Of a DNA stretch of 64,000 nt, positions 44,567-56,484 are shown in pieces. Numbering within the stretch: position 1 is the first letter of the stretch; the number at the start of each line of letters is the position of its first letter. The notes beneath the pieces were generated by a model. The model had not been told where the DNA came from. It did not search any database and was given only the letters and a program-made list of their open reading frames with translations. A program made the position numbers and the translations under genes. Location: contig CAVTTN010000002.1 of assembly GCA_963737655.1 (NCBI GenBank), forward strand, positions 7,104,001 to 7,168,000, read 5' to 3'. This stretch comes from an uncultured Planctomycetota bacterium. GTDB taxonomy: Bacteria; Planctomycetota; Planctomycetia; Isosphaerales; Isosphaeraceae.

Positions 44567-45514
44567 ATGAGAGGCCGTCGGGCCTCCCGGAGGAGGACCC
44601 GCTTGCCGACGCGACGCGACAGCCCCGACACCGGACGGGTCGCCGTGGCCTGGGCCGTGATGTTCGGCGGCCTCGTCGGCTTCTGGGGCCTGCGATCCCG
44701 GCTGGACGACCGGGCCTTCGGTTATGGGCAGGTCGCCGTCCTGCTCACGACCTGGAAGGTCGCCTCCCTCGTCCTGCTCCCGCCCCGGTCGTGGCGGAGG
44801 TTCACGCCCCTGCGCTTCCTCGCCTACCTGGTCTGGCCCGGGATGCAGCCCCGGCAATTCCTGGTCGGGGCGAGCGTCCCTCCCGGCGCCCCGATCCCGA
44901 CCCTCCGCGACTTCCTCCTCAACGTCCTGGTCGGGGCAGCCCTGTTCCTGCTGGCGAGATGGGGACTGCCGGCCGGGACGCCCCGCGCGGTCCGCTTCTG
45001 GGTCGCCCTGATCGGCTTCGTGACGCTGTTCCTCGTCGCGCGGCTGGACCTCTGGGCCCTGGTCTTCCGGAGGATGGGCTTCGCGGTCGAGAAGCTCTGG
45101 GACGGCCCGATCGCCGCCACCGGCCTGGGGGACTTCTGGGGCCGGCGATGGAATCGGATCGTCTCGGGGTTCCTCCGCGAGGCGGCCTTCGTCCCGCTGT
45201 CCCGCCGCGCCGGGCCGCGGGTGGCGTTGCTGGGCGTATTCCTCTACAGCGGCCTGTACCACGAGATGGCCAGCGTCCAGGCCCGCTCGGGCTACGGCGG
45301 GCCGATGCTCTACTTCCTGGTGCAATACCTCGGGGTCGCGGCCGAGGCCAGTCGCCCCGGGCGTCTCCTCCTGCGAGGCCGGCCGTGGCTGGGGCGGGCC
45401 TGGACGCTGGCCGTGGTCGTCGCGCCGCTGGGCCTGCTGCTGCGTCCGGGGTTCGTCGACGGCTACCTGGTGCCCCTCCTGGAGAGGGCGGGCGTGCCGG
45501 GGCTCCGCGGATAG
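44567..45514 (+). CDS. MBOAT_2 (wax-synthase-like) O-acyltransferase
   Basis: DFWGRRWN and FLYSGLYHE motifs; multiple TM segments. Confidence 0.85.
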   Translation: MRGRRASRRRTRLPTRRDSPDTGRVAVAWAVMFGGLVGFWGLRSRLDDRAFGYGQVAVLLTTWKVASLVLLPPRSWRRFTPLRFLAYLVWPGMQPRQFLVGASVPPGAPIPTLRDFLLNVLVGAALFLLARWGLPAGTPRAVRFWVALIGFVTLFLVARLDLWALVFRRMGFAVEKLWDGPIAATGLGDFWGRRWNRIVSGFLREAAFVPLSRRAGPRVALLGVFLYSGLYHEMASVQARSGYGGPMLYFLVQYLGVAAEASRPGRLLLRGRPWLGRAWTLAVVVAPLGLLLRPGFVDGYLVPLLERAGVPGLRG

Positions 45515-45889
45515 GCGGCGACCGATCCCATCGGAACCCCGGAACGCCCGGCGGCCGGACGCCGCGCCCACCCGCGACCCGGCGTGCTCGTCGCGGGCCA
45601 CAGACCGGCCCCGGCTGCGGTGAGGGCGGCGAGGCAGCGGCCCCATCGACGCCGGGGCCCAGGCCGCTTGACCTCGGGCTCGACGCGGGAAGGGGACCAG
45701 CCCTCGCGGAGCCGTGCCTCCGGGTCCCTCATCACCGGGGCCACCTCGGGTGCCGCGCGGGATCGCCCGAACGGCGCGACCCCGCGGCACCGCTCCCGGG
45801 CCTCTCCCTCGTGCCGGTCGGACGGCAGCGGCTCGGCCAGGTACACCTCGTCGGACCTCGGCCGGTCCGCCACAACCGCTGGCCCGGGG

Positions 45890-46018
45890 GTGGAAGCGGC
45901 TTCCACCCCGGGGGAGTGGGAACAGGACCGGGAAGGGCATCCGGCCTGGCCCGCTCCGGGTCATTCGGACATGCAAGTGGGGCGAAAAACGCCCGATGTC
46001 GGTGGGCGCCGCGTCCAC
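45890..46018. repeat. Pair of 17-bp palindromes (45890-45906; 46002-46018)
   Basis: GTGGAAGCGGCTTCCAC and GTGGGCGCCGCGTCCAC. Confidence 0.9.
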
Positions 46019-46850
46019 GGCCCCTTCGACCGGGCCTCCCTGCCCGACCCTCGCCGCACGGCCCGCAGAGGCCCCGGACCGTCGGCCCCGCACCCGCCGC
46101 ACGACCGTCGCCCAGGCTGGGCAGCCCCTGGGACCGCGGTCACGTCGGCCCGTCGGCGTGGTGCCCGACGCCCACGGCCTCCCGACCGTCGCGGGCCTAA
46201 GGGGCCGCGACCTCGGGACAGGCCGGATCGTGCCGGCGAGACGGGGGCGACTCCCCCCCGGGGGTGCAGACCTCGCACCCGAACGGCAGCCTCACGACCG
46301 GCCCGCCCTTCAGCCTGGACCGCGACTGTCGATGCATCGTGACCTGGCGGCAAACGCGGCAATATCTCCTGGCCAGCATCGCTCCCTCCGATTTTTGATC
46401 ATCTTCGCCTCGGCGTCGTCCAGGCACGCTCCCGCCCCTCATCGCGGCCCGAAGGACGTCGGGACGGCGACGAGGGAGGCGGTCGCTCGCGTCTCCTGGC
46501 GGATCGGAGTCGAGACTACCGGCACCCGGCCTGCCCCGGGAGTGGAGCGGCCCCGGTCCCTCGCACGAATCGCGAAGGGCGGGGCCGCCCCGGCACCGGC
46601 GCCCGAGGGCGCCCGCGAGAACGCCGCGTCGGGCACGCCGCGTCGCCCCGGCGATCGGGGCCCCGGGTATCGAGGGGGACGGCACATCATACATGAAAAA
46701 TGCACACATCATGAATATAACAGGGTGAGTCGTGCGACGAGCCGTCGACGACCCGAGGAACTCGGGGAGGAGCCTCCGGGCCGGGGGATGCCGGCCGGCG
46801 TCGTGGTCGCGCCCCGGCCGCTCGGGCCGTGCCCCGGGGGGACAACGGGC

Positions 46851-46867
46851 GTGGACGCCGCGTCCAC
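46851..46867. repeat. 17-bp palindrome upstream of the prim-pol gene
   Basis: GTGGACGCCGCGTCCAC. Confidence 0.92.
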
Positions 46868-47053
46868 GGCGACGAGGTCGGCCGGACCGCAAAGGGGTCG
46901 GCGGGGGCTGCCCCGCCACTGTTCGCGAAGGGCGGAATCGCCTGAAAATAACGAGGCCCCGGAGTGGCGATCCCGGGGCCTCGCATCGAGATCCTCGGTC
47001 GTCGCTGGCCTGGCGACCTAGGAGTGCTGACTACGCTACATGAGAGCGTCGCC

Positions 47054-48715
47054 GTGCGTGAATATCTTATCGGAATCACGACCGGGATCCCAGAGACGGT
47101 TGCCCCGCGGCACCGGGACCTGCCCGTTGCGCCGCCGCTCCTGGAGAGCATGAGACAGGTCACGCGGCATGGCCTCCGCATCTTCCCGGTCACCCACACC
47201 ACGAAGAGGCCGATGGGGGCGGGCTGGCAAGCTGCCGCCACGTCGTCCCCGGAGGTCCTGGTGGGCTGGATGCAAGCCAACCGCCCGGGCCGGCGCTGCC
47301 GCTCCTACCTGGTCCGCACGGGCGTCCCGATGCCCGACGGCCGCTACTTGATCGGTTTCGACGTCGACCCCCGGTCGGGAGGCCGCGAGAGCCTGGGGCG
47401 ACTCCTGGCCCTCCACGGCCTGACCCCGGACGACCTGCCCCCGACCCTCACGGTCCGCACCGGCGGCCATCCCGAAGGCAGGCACTATTATTACGGGTCT
47501 AGGGTCCCGTGGAAGGGCGTCAGCCCCATCCCCGGCTTCCCGGGCCTCGACCTGAAGGCCGACAGGGGCTACCTCATCGGCCCCGGTTCGCTCCATGATT
47601 CCGGCCGGACCTACGAGTTGATCCGGGGCTTCGACGAGGGGGTCGCGGACCTGCCCGAATGGCTGACGAGCACGCTGGAGGGGGCGGGCGAAAAGCACGA
47701 GGAGTCGGCACGGCGCGACCCGGGCCGCCGTGCCGGTCAAGCCGCCGGCACGCCCCAGGATGCCCGCTGGACGCCGGGCGTCCGCCCCGAGGCCATCCGG
47801 GGTGATGACGTCCCCGACGCCCCTGCGAGCGGGCCGCAGTCCCCCAGGGAGGCCGCACCGAGGGCGACCCCGGCCCGGGCCGCCTGCACCCGCCGGGCCG
47901 ACCCGGCGGCCCTGGCCGAGGAGATCGACCGCCGCTACCCGATCGAGGCCATCCACACCCGGCACAACGTCGAGCTCCGGGCCATCGCGTCCCTGCTCGG
48001 CCGCGGGTAATGCCCCGAGGACACGCTCGCGGCGGTGGCGATCCGAGAGACCCGGGCCGGGCCCTGGGCCTCCTCGGATCGTCGCCCGCCGCGGCCGAGG
48101 CCGACGCCCTGCGGATCGCCGAGGACTGCCTGAACGATCCGCACTTCGTCGTCGGCAGGCCCGGGGGCCGGTCCGCCGTCCCGAGCAAGACGAAGGGGGA
48201 CCACCGGGACGGTGCCGCAGGGGTCGCCATCCCCGCCTCCGTTTGCATGATCATTCGATCATCAATCATGGGGGCCGCGGCGCCCGAGGGGGGGAACGAA
48301 TCATCAAATAGACCCGGGTTAAAACCGGTTCACCACCGCTACCGGCTCGACAAGCGTCTTGCTGATCGTCCAGTCCCTGGTCCAGCACCTTGTTTACCTG
48401 CGGAGGGAAGGGCTGTGGTCGCGCGGGCGGACGTTCGCGACCACCGACGCGGAGCTCGTCACGCTGGCCACGCGGCTCGACCCGTCCGTGGCCTGGGATG
48501 AGGGCGGCTCCGACTTGCTCGCCGTGAAGCAGGACCTGATCGATCGCTTCGACTCGGGCCCGGCCCGCCGGCACGCCTTCGCCCGCGAGGTCGTGCGGGG
48601 CGACCGCCGGGCCGGCGAGGCGGTGGGCCGGCCGTCGGAGTACGAGCCGACCGGCCTGCTGGATCTCCTCGCCGCCTACGACACCGAGGTCGCCGCGGAG
48701 GCCCGCCGGGTATGA
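47054..48715 (+). pseudogene. Bifunctional primase-polymerase (Prim-Pol) protein, interrupted by TAA at 48008 and later shifts
   Basis: GLRIFPV, KRP, GFDVD, TVRTGG..GRHYYY, GLDLK..GYLIGPGSLH..Y, LPEWL; downstream coding-like segment to 48715. Confidence 0.8.
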
Positions 48716-48737
48716 GCAGGGCGGCAGTCCGGCCGGG

Positions 48738-49045
48738 GTGGAAGCCGCTTCCACCCCGGACCCCGCCGGGTCACTCGCCCCGGGCTTTCCGCTCGGCCTC
48801 GCGGCGGTGGAACTCGACGAGGAGCCGGCCGGCCTCGGCGTCCTCCTCGGGGGTGAAGTCGAGCTCCTCGGCGAGGACCCGGCCGTCGGCGTCCCGGAAC
48901 CGGCCGTCGGGTCCCTCGGCGTAGCGGCCTTCGAAGCGTTCGCGGCGGTCGTCCCGTCGCTGCGGATCGTGCACGGCCCACCCCCGGATTATCGGCGGAG
49001 GTCGCATCCCCGGATTCATTATCGAGTGGAAGCGGCGACCTCCAC
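48738..49045. repeat. 17-bp palindrome at 48738-48754 and degenerate copy at 49026-49045
   Basis: GTGGAAGCCGCTTCCAC and GTGGAAGCGGCGACCTCCAC. Confidence 0.8.
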
Positions 49046-49612
49046 GAGCCTCCGGCGGCGCGATCGTTTCGATGTCCGCGCCGCCCCTCGGGGACGCCGG
49101 ATCGTGGAGTGGGACGGCCTAGCGGCGACCTGTAACGATCCCGAGGGCCGGAAGCGGGACTACGCCATCAGCTTCGGGCTCGGGGCCTTCAACGACGAGG
49201 TCGACGCGATCCTGGCCCGCGTCAAGCCGGCCAATCCGGGGGAGCTCGTCCAGGAGGTCCGGGACGTCTTCACGCGGGCCGATCACGACGGCGAGGTCTT
49301 CAAGGACGCCCGGACGAGAGCGCCCATGCGAAGGGACATCGACGGGCCTCGGGGCTGAATTGACGGGCGCTCGCCCGAGCACACGGATGCGCCCGGGACT
49401 TTCGATCCGCCCGGGGTTTGCGGGCCCATTCGGGGTCTTGGTAGACTCGTCGCGCCCGGCCGCTAGGCCCCGGCCGCGGCGGCCACAGGCGAGGCGACGG
49501 TGCCCGGTCCTGGTCCGAGTGCGGGCGGCTCCTCGGTCGAGGCGGCCGAGAAATCGCCCGCCTCGGCGTGAGTTTCCCGCGCCTTCGCCGTCTTCTTCGA
49601 ATAGGAAGGGAC

Positions 49613-50173
49613 ATGGACCGCGACGACGGCATCGGGCCCCGGCCGATCGAGGCGTTCCGCGAGTACCTCCGGCTCCTGGCCCGGTTGCAGATCGGCCCGG
49701 ACCGCCGCTCGGCCGTCGATCCCTCCGACGTCGTCCAGCAGACGCTCCTGCGGGCCCATGAGAGGCGAAACCAGTTCCGGGGGACGACCGATGCCGAGCG
49801 CGAAGCCTGGCTCCGCGCGATCCTCGCCAGCCAGATCGCCGACGCCCTGCGCCGTCCCGAGCGTCGGGGAGGAGGCCGGCTCGTCTCTCTGGAGGCGGCT
49901 CTGCACGAGTCGTCGGCGCGGCTGGACGCCTGGCTCGCCTCCGAGCAATCCAGCCCGAGCGTGCGGGCCATGAGGGCCGAGCGGCTGGTCGAGCTTGCCG
50001 ACGCGCTCGCGACGCTGCCGGAGGATCAGAGGGAGGCCGTCGAGCTGAGGCACCTGAAGGGGCTCTCGGTGCCCGCGGTGGCCGAGGCGATGGGCCGCAC
50101 GACGGTCTCGGTGACGGGCCTTCTCTATCGGGGGAGCAAGGCGTTGCGGGAGAAGCTCGGCGGCGAACGGTGA
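49613..50173 (+). CDS. ECF sigma-70 factor, planctomycete kinase-associated type
   Basis: FREYLRLLARLQ, DPSDVVQQT, AWLRAIL, LPEDQREAVELRHL. Confidence 0.92.
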   Translation: MDRDDGIGPRPIEAFREYLRLLARLQIGPDRRSAVDPSDVVQQTLLRAHERRNQFRGTTDAEREAWLRAILASQIADALRRPERRGGGRLVSLEAALHESSARLDAWLASEQSSPSVRAMRAERLVELADALATLPEDQREAVELRHLKGLSVPAVAEAMGRTTVSVTGLLYRGSKALREKLGGER

Positions 50174-50191
50174 ACCGAGGCAGGGTGGGAC

Positions 50192-53100
50192 ATGGCCGAT
50201 CGGATTGACGTCTAGGCGAGGGGCGACCGCGAGGAGCGGCTGATCGCGATCATCGCGCAGTACTACGAGGCCGTCGAGTCCGGCGCGGCGCCGGATCGCC
50301 GAGCCGTGCTCGACGCCCATCCAGACCTCGCCGCCGAGATCGACGAGTTCCTCGTCGAGCAGGACCGCCTGCACCTCCTGGCCGAACCCTTGAGGCCCCT
50401 CGCGGAGTCGGCGGGGCTCACCGAGCCGGACGACGCGACCGCGCCCCTCGGCCCCTCGGGGTCGGCCGACCCCGGCCCGGACACCCTGGACGGGGACGGC
50501 GCGACTCCCCATCGGCCCGGGGGGCGCGTCCCCTACTTCGGCGATTACGAGCTGCGCCGCGAGGTCGGCCGGGGCGGCATGGGCGTCGTCTACGAGGCCC
50601 GCCAGGTCAGCCTCAATCGGGTCGTCGCGCTCAAGATGCTCCTGGCCGGTGCCCTCGCGGGCGAGGACGACCGCCGACGCTTCCGCGCCGAGGCCGAGGC
50701 CGTCGCGGCGCTCGACCACCCGAACATCGTGCCGATCTACGAGGTCGGCTCCCACCGGGGCGATTCCTATTTCAGCATGAAGGCGATCGACGGCGGCACG
50801 CTCGCCTCTCGCCTCGACGAGTTCGCGGGCCATCCGCGAGAGGCCGCCCGGGTGGTGGCGACCGTCGCGAGGGCCGTCCACCACGCCCATCAGCGCGGCG
50901 TCTTGCACCGCGATCTGAAGCCCTCGAACGTCCTCCTCGACGAGAATGGCGAGCCGCACGTCACCGACTTCGGCCTGGCGCGTCGCGTCGATGGGGGCGG
51001 CGACCTGACGCAGACCGGCGCGATCCTCGGGACGCCGAGCTACATGGCCCCCGAGCAGGCCACCGGGCGGCGGGGAGCCATCACCACGGCGACCGACGTC
51101 CACGGACTGGGGGCGATCCTCTACGCCCTGCTGGCCGGGAAGCCCCCCTTCGGCGGCGACTCGGTCCTGGAGACGCTCGACGAGGTCCGAGGGCAGCCCC
51201 CGAAGCCGCTCGGCCCGGGGATCGACCGCGACCTGGGGACGATCTGCCGGAAGTGCCTGGAGAAAGAGCCGGCGGCGCGGTGTGCCTCGGCCCTCGACGT
51301 GGCCGAAGACCTGGAGCGCTGGCTCCGGGGCGAGCCGATCGCCGCCCGTCCCGCCGGCCGGGCGGAGCGGCTCTGGCGCTGGTGCCGCCGGCATCGGGTC
51401 GCCCTGATCACGACGCTCCTGATCGCGTCGTCGCTGGTCACAGGCACGGTGATGAGCGTCCGGCAGGCGCGCCGCGCCCGACGCGCCGAAGCCGCCGCGG
51501 TCGGCCAGCGCGACCGGGCGCGGAAGTCGGTCGATGACATGTACACGCAGGTGGCGGAGAAATGGCTCTCGCAGGATCCCGATCTGGACCCCCTCCAGAG
51601 GGAATTCCTCCTCAAGGCCCTGGCGTATTACGAGGAGTTCTCCCGCGAGGGGGCGCCGAGCGCCTCGGAGCTGGAGGAAAAGGCCTCCGCCGAGCAGCGC
51701 GTCGGGGACATCCAGAGGAAGCTGGGGGCGCTGGACGAGGCGGAGCGGGCCTATCGCTCGGCCGTCGCGATCCAGGGAGAACTCCGGGACCGATCCCCCA
51801 GGTCGCCCTTCGACCGGACTCGCCTCGCGGGAGGGCTGACCGGCCTCGGCGAGCTGCTGCGAGCCGAGGGACGGACGGATGAGGCGGAGCGCGTCATGCG
51901 CAACGCCCTGGAGCTGAACGAGGCGGTCGCGGCCGAGTTCCCCGACGTCCCTCGATATCGGACCTATCTGGCCAGGAGCTACACCCGACTCGCCCTCCTC
52001 TTCCGCGAGACGGGCCGGTGGAAAGCGGCCGAGGAGGCGGACACGCGGAGTATCGCGCTGCTCGAGGCGCTCGCCGCCGAGGGGCCCGAGGATGCCGAGG
52101 ACCGCGGCGCCCTCGCCTCCAGCTACGCGAACCTCGGCGTCCTCCTCTCCCAGACGGGGCGCGCCACGGAGGCCGAACAGGTCTGGGGTCGGGTCGTCCG
52201 TCTTTATGAGGCCCTCCTGCCCGAATCGCCGAAGGACGGCGCGGTGCGGTCGGGCCTGGCGCTGGGGAACAACAACCTCGGCGTGCTGCTGTACGGAGAG
52301 GGGCGGCTCGAGGAGGCGGCCGAGGCCCTGGGTCGGGCCGCCGAGCTGCAAGAGGGGCTCGCGGCCGACTCCCCCGGGGCGCCGCAGTATCTCAAGGGCG
52401 TCGCCGATTCCCGCTCGAACCTCGCCCTGGTGCTCCTCGCCCTGAAACGCCCGGAGGAGGCGGAGGAGGCCTTCCGCCGCGCCATCAAGCACTATGAAGC
52501 GCTCGCGACCCGATGGCCCGACGTCCGCGACCATCGGAGCGGCCTCGGGGCCGCACTGAACAACCTGGCGGTCCTCCTCCAAGAGCGGGGCGAGGCGCGG
52601 GAGTCCGCGGATCTGTACCGTCTCGCCATCGAGCAACAGGGCGCCGCGTCGCGGGCCAACCCGCGGAACCCGACGTACCTCGCATTCTTGAGGAACCATT
52701 TCGACGGCCTGTCCCAGTCCCTCCTTCAGCTCGGCGATCACGCGGGAGCGGCGGAGGCGAGCGAGGAACTGGCACGGATCTCGCCCCGGGGGCTGCCGGA
52801 CCTCCTGCTCGCCGCGACCCGCATCGCGCAATGTCGCCGCCGAGCGGAGTCGGACCCGGGGCTTTCGCCGAGCCGGAGGCGCGACGCCGCCCGGGCCCAC
52901 CTGGAGCGATCCCGGGAGCTGTGCGAGAAGGCGGCCCTCGCCGCGAAGGACGACCCCGACGCCCTGAACAACGTCTCCTGGTTCCTGGCGACCTGCCCGG
53001 AGCCCGATCTCCGCGACCCGGCCCGCGCGGTCGAGCTTGCCCGAAAGGCCGTGGAGCGGGCTCCGCAAAACGGCGAGTGCTGGAACACGAAGGGAGCGGC

Positions 53101-53389
53101 CGAGTACCGCGCCGGGCATTGGGACGAAGCGATCTCGGCCCTCTCGCGGTCGATGGAGCTCTCCTCGGGCGGATCGCCGGCCGACTGGATCTTCCTCGCC
53201 ATGACGCATCGGCGGAAGGGGAACGACGGCGAGGCGCGGTCGTGGTTCGCGAAGGCGAGTGCCTGGATGGATCGGAATCGATCGACCGATGAGGATCTGA
53301 TCCGCCTGCGCGACGAGGCCGCGGCCCTCCTGGGCCCGTCGGACGGGGATCGCGCGATGCCCGCCGGCCCGGACGCCTTCGCCCGATGA
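50192..53389 (+). CDS. Ser/Thr kinase + TM + TPR array; in-frame TAG at codon 8 (50213-50215)
   Basis: RBS-ATG at 50192 is in frame with ORF 50306-53389; VGRGGMG, HRDLKPSN, DFGLA, GTPSYMAPE. Confidence 0.88.
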
Positions 53390-53594
53390 TGGGTGTGACG
53401 TCCGGGGCCGCCGCGAGTGATCCGGGAGCGTCCGGGGACCGGCCTCGAAGAATTCTCGCGTGAGTTTTTCGAGCCTCCGGCGTCTTGAAACCTGTCGCGG
53501 CGGGCGGAACGGGCGCGGCGTCGGCGAAGACGCCGTGATGAGGCCCGTTCGCCACAGCCGCGCCCCGATGCCCCATCCCCCGGAGACCCCGACG

Positions 53595-55276
53595 ATGTTC
53601 CGCCGCCTCCTCCATCCGTCCGCGTTCCGCCGCGCCCTGCCCGCCCGAGTCGCCTCGCACGCCCCCCCCGGACGGACCCGGGCGCGGCCGCGGCTCGAGG
53701 GGCTCGAAGGGCGGTGCCTGCTCTCGGGGATCTCGGGCACGGCGCAGTATCCCATCCCGATCGGCAGCTCCGTTTACATCACGGGAGGGCCCGGCGGCAA
53801 CCTCTGGTTCACCGATCAGCAGACCAACGGCACCTGCTATGTTGGCACCATCAATTCCGCGACCCGCGCCATCAGCGAGTATCCCATCCCCACGACCAAT
53901 TGCTATCCGAGGGAGATCACGACCGGCCCAGATGGAAACATCTACTTCACCGAATTCGGGGCCAACAAACTCGGGAGGATCAACCCGACGACCCACGCCA
54001 TCACGGAATTCAGCATCCCGGCCGACTCCCAACCCTGGGGCATCGTTACCGGCCCGGACGGGAACCTCTGGTTTGCCGAGAGGGGTGGGAACTCCACGAC
54101 GGGCAGCGCGATCGATTCCTTCAATCCGACGACGCACGTTTTCAGCTCGTATGCCACGTACCTCGGCAACGGGAACTATCTCGGCGTCGGGCCGACAGGG
54201 CTCACGACCGGCATCGACGGCAACCTCTGGTTCACGACCTACGACGGCGCCGTCGGCAGCATCAACCCGACGACGCACGTGATCCAGGAATATCCCATCC
54301 CGACCAGCGGGGCCACATCCTATGACATCGCCACGGGTCCCGATGGCAATCTCTGGTTCACCATGCCCTCTGCCAACCCGGGGTCCGAGGGACAGCAGGT
54401 CGTCTCATTCAATCCGAACACGCAGGCCTTCTATCCCATCGCCGTCCCCGGCGGGGGCGAACCTTACGGGATCACGACCGGCCCCGACGGCAACCTGTGG
54501 TTCGCCGAGGCCGGAACCGGCCAGGTCGGCCGGATCAACCCGACGACCGACGCCCTCACCCAGTTCCCGATTTCGGCCGGCCGGGGGATCACGACTGGCC
54601 CCGACGGCAACCTTTGGCTCGCCTCCGGCTCGACCATCACCGTCGCGACGCCGGGCCAGTCCGAAACCGACCTGGTGGTCACGCAGCAACCACCATCCAG
54701 CGTCACCGCGGGGGCCGGCTTCGGCTTGACGGTCGCCGCCGAAGACGGCTCGGGGGACGTCGTCACGTCGTTCAACGGCACGGTCACCCTGTCGCTCGGC
54801 AACAACCCCGGCGGCGACACTCTCGGAGGGACGACGGTCAACGCCGTCAACGGCGTGGCGACCTTCTCCGGGCTGTTGCTGACGAAGAGCGACCCGGGTT
54901 ATGCGCTCGTGGCCTCGGCGGGCCTCGACGGCGAGGGCGTCACCGGCGCGTTCGCCGTGACCCCGGCGGCGGCCTCGCAGGTCGTGGTTACGCAGCAGCC
55001 TCCTTCGAGCGTCTCGACGAACTCGGCGTTCACCGTCATCGCGGCGATCGAGGACCAGTACGGCAATATCGTGACCTCGGCCAACGGCGCCGTGACGATC
55101 GCCATCGGCACGAATCCGGGGGCTCCACGCTCGGAGGGACCACGACGGTCTCGGCCGTGGACGGTGTCGTGACGTTCTCGAACCTGACTCTGAACAAGAA
55201 GGGCAAGGGCTACACCCTGAAGCTCTCGTCGGCGGGGCTCCTCGGCACCACGACCTCGGCGTTCAAGGTCGGCTGA
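53595..55276 (+). CDS. Secreted Vgb-lyase-like beta-propeller with two Ig-like domains (frameshift near 55120)
   Basis: Leader RPRLEGLEGRCLLS; seven ITTGPDGNLWF-type blades; two VVTQQPPSSV...GVATFS domains. Confidence 0.85.
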
Positions 55277-55384
55277 GGCCTGGGCCGCCCGCCACACCGG
55301 TCTGCGACACCCCCGGGCGGAGGGGAGTCGTGGGTCGCGGCGGCCGGCCCTGCCAGCCGGCGGAGGGACGCGTCGGTCCGCCAT

Positions 55385-56050
55385 ACCGAACGTTGCAAAC
55401 AATCGAGGGCCGGTACGACTTTCTGGCGATCGGCGTGACCGACTCCGGGGCCTGGGCTCCGTCGGGCGCCCGTACGGCGGGGGCCGCCGGGCGGAGGTAC
55501 GGCAGCGGACGCATGCGTCCGATCGAACCGGCCCGCCGGTCCGTCCCGCCATGCGGTCCCGTGCGATCGGCGCGGCCTCCTCGGCGGAGTCCCTGACGGC
55601 CTCGACGTCGGGAGCCTCGGCGCACGGCCCCGGGCCGGGTGCCGGCCGGTAACGATGGCGAAGGGTCGGGGAGGGCCGGCCGCCAGGCGGCGATCGGCCG
55701 GCGGGGCCGAGGCCCGGGGGACCGATGGGCCAGGCCTCCCCCGCCCCGACCCGACCCGACCCGACCAGGGACGCGGCGGTGTAGACTCCGCGTCCACCGA
55801 TCCCTACCGGGTCCTCCTGATGAGGGGGATCAAGGGATGTTTCTGAGCTCGACGGACGCCGAGACCCGGATGTACCTGGCGGACCTGCTCGGCGGGAGGG
55901 CCTGAGATCGATCGCGGGCCAGATGACGAGGGACTGCCCTCCGCGATGTGGACTTCACCTCCACGACTACCGGAAGACTACCGGGTCGGACGGCGGGATA
56001 CCGCGATTCCTCGCGATTTTTCGCTCCGGTAGGAGGACGCTTGCGAATCC
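55385..56050 (-). repeat. Element-end module, copy 4 (inverted), with degenerate palindromes at 55781-55797 and 55948-55964
   Basis: Shares long blocks with 10650-11297 (e.g. cgccgaggctcccgacgtcgaggccgtcagggact, gatcgcacgggaccgcatggcggg, tgcaacgttcggt); gactaccgg twice at 55965-55985. Confidence 0.88.
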
Positions 56051-56484
56051 GGTCCGGTCTGGCAAGATGATTTTGGGCAACGGTTTACGAGGCTTTCCCC
56101 CGTCGCCCTCGGCCGCAAGTCACGCCGCGGTGGTCGTGGGTCACGGCGAGCGAGGGGCGACGGTCGGCGTGCGCGGGGCAGAGGCCCTCGTGCTGGGGCC
56201 GGCCGTCGCAGCCTACGGCCGCCCGCCGGAACCTCCGGTCACCGACCTCATGCGCCGATCGGAGCCGCTCGAACGCCTGGCGGCCCGCCGCCTCATCGCC
56301 ATGGGCGTGGGCTTCCTCGCCGCCGCCGGTCGCGAAGCGGGGCCGCCCCGAGCTTCGGGCCCGCGGCCACGGATGGCAAGCCGGGTGCGGGGCCCGGTCC
56401 TGCCGGGCGTCGATCGCCGGTGCCTCGGAGAAGCAGCGGCCCGAGGGCCTCCGCCCCGCGTCCCGGAGCAGCGCCGGGATCGGG

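Noticed and set aside
34842..50215. Stop-codon reassignment suggested by in-frame stops (34842, 39695, 40145, 42754, 48008, 50213)
   Set aside because: All three stop types occur, at positions expecting different residues, mostly in genes with other lesions; core genes use normal stops. Decay is the simpler explanation
42619..53755. Very long Arg/Gly/Pro-rich ORFs (e.g. 42619-46200 +, 49463-53755 -)
   Set aside because: These are shadow frames of high-GC DNA overlapping well-supported genes, with no recognisable motifs
206..55125. Homopolymer frameshifts as phase variation or programmed frameshifting
   Set aside because: Short-run indels are scattered across unrelated genes and are typical of long-read error; only the IS5 A6 site has a known programmed precedent
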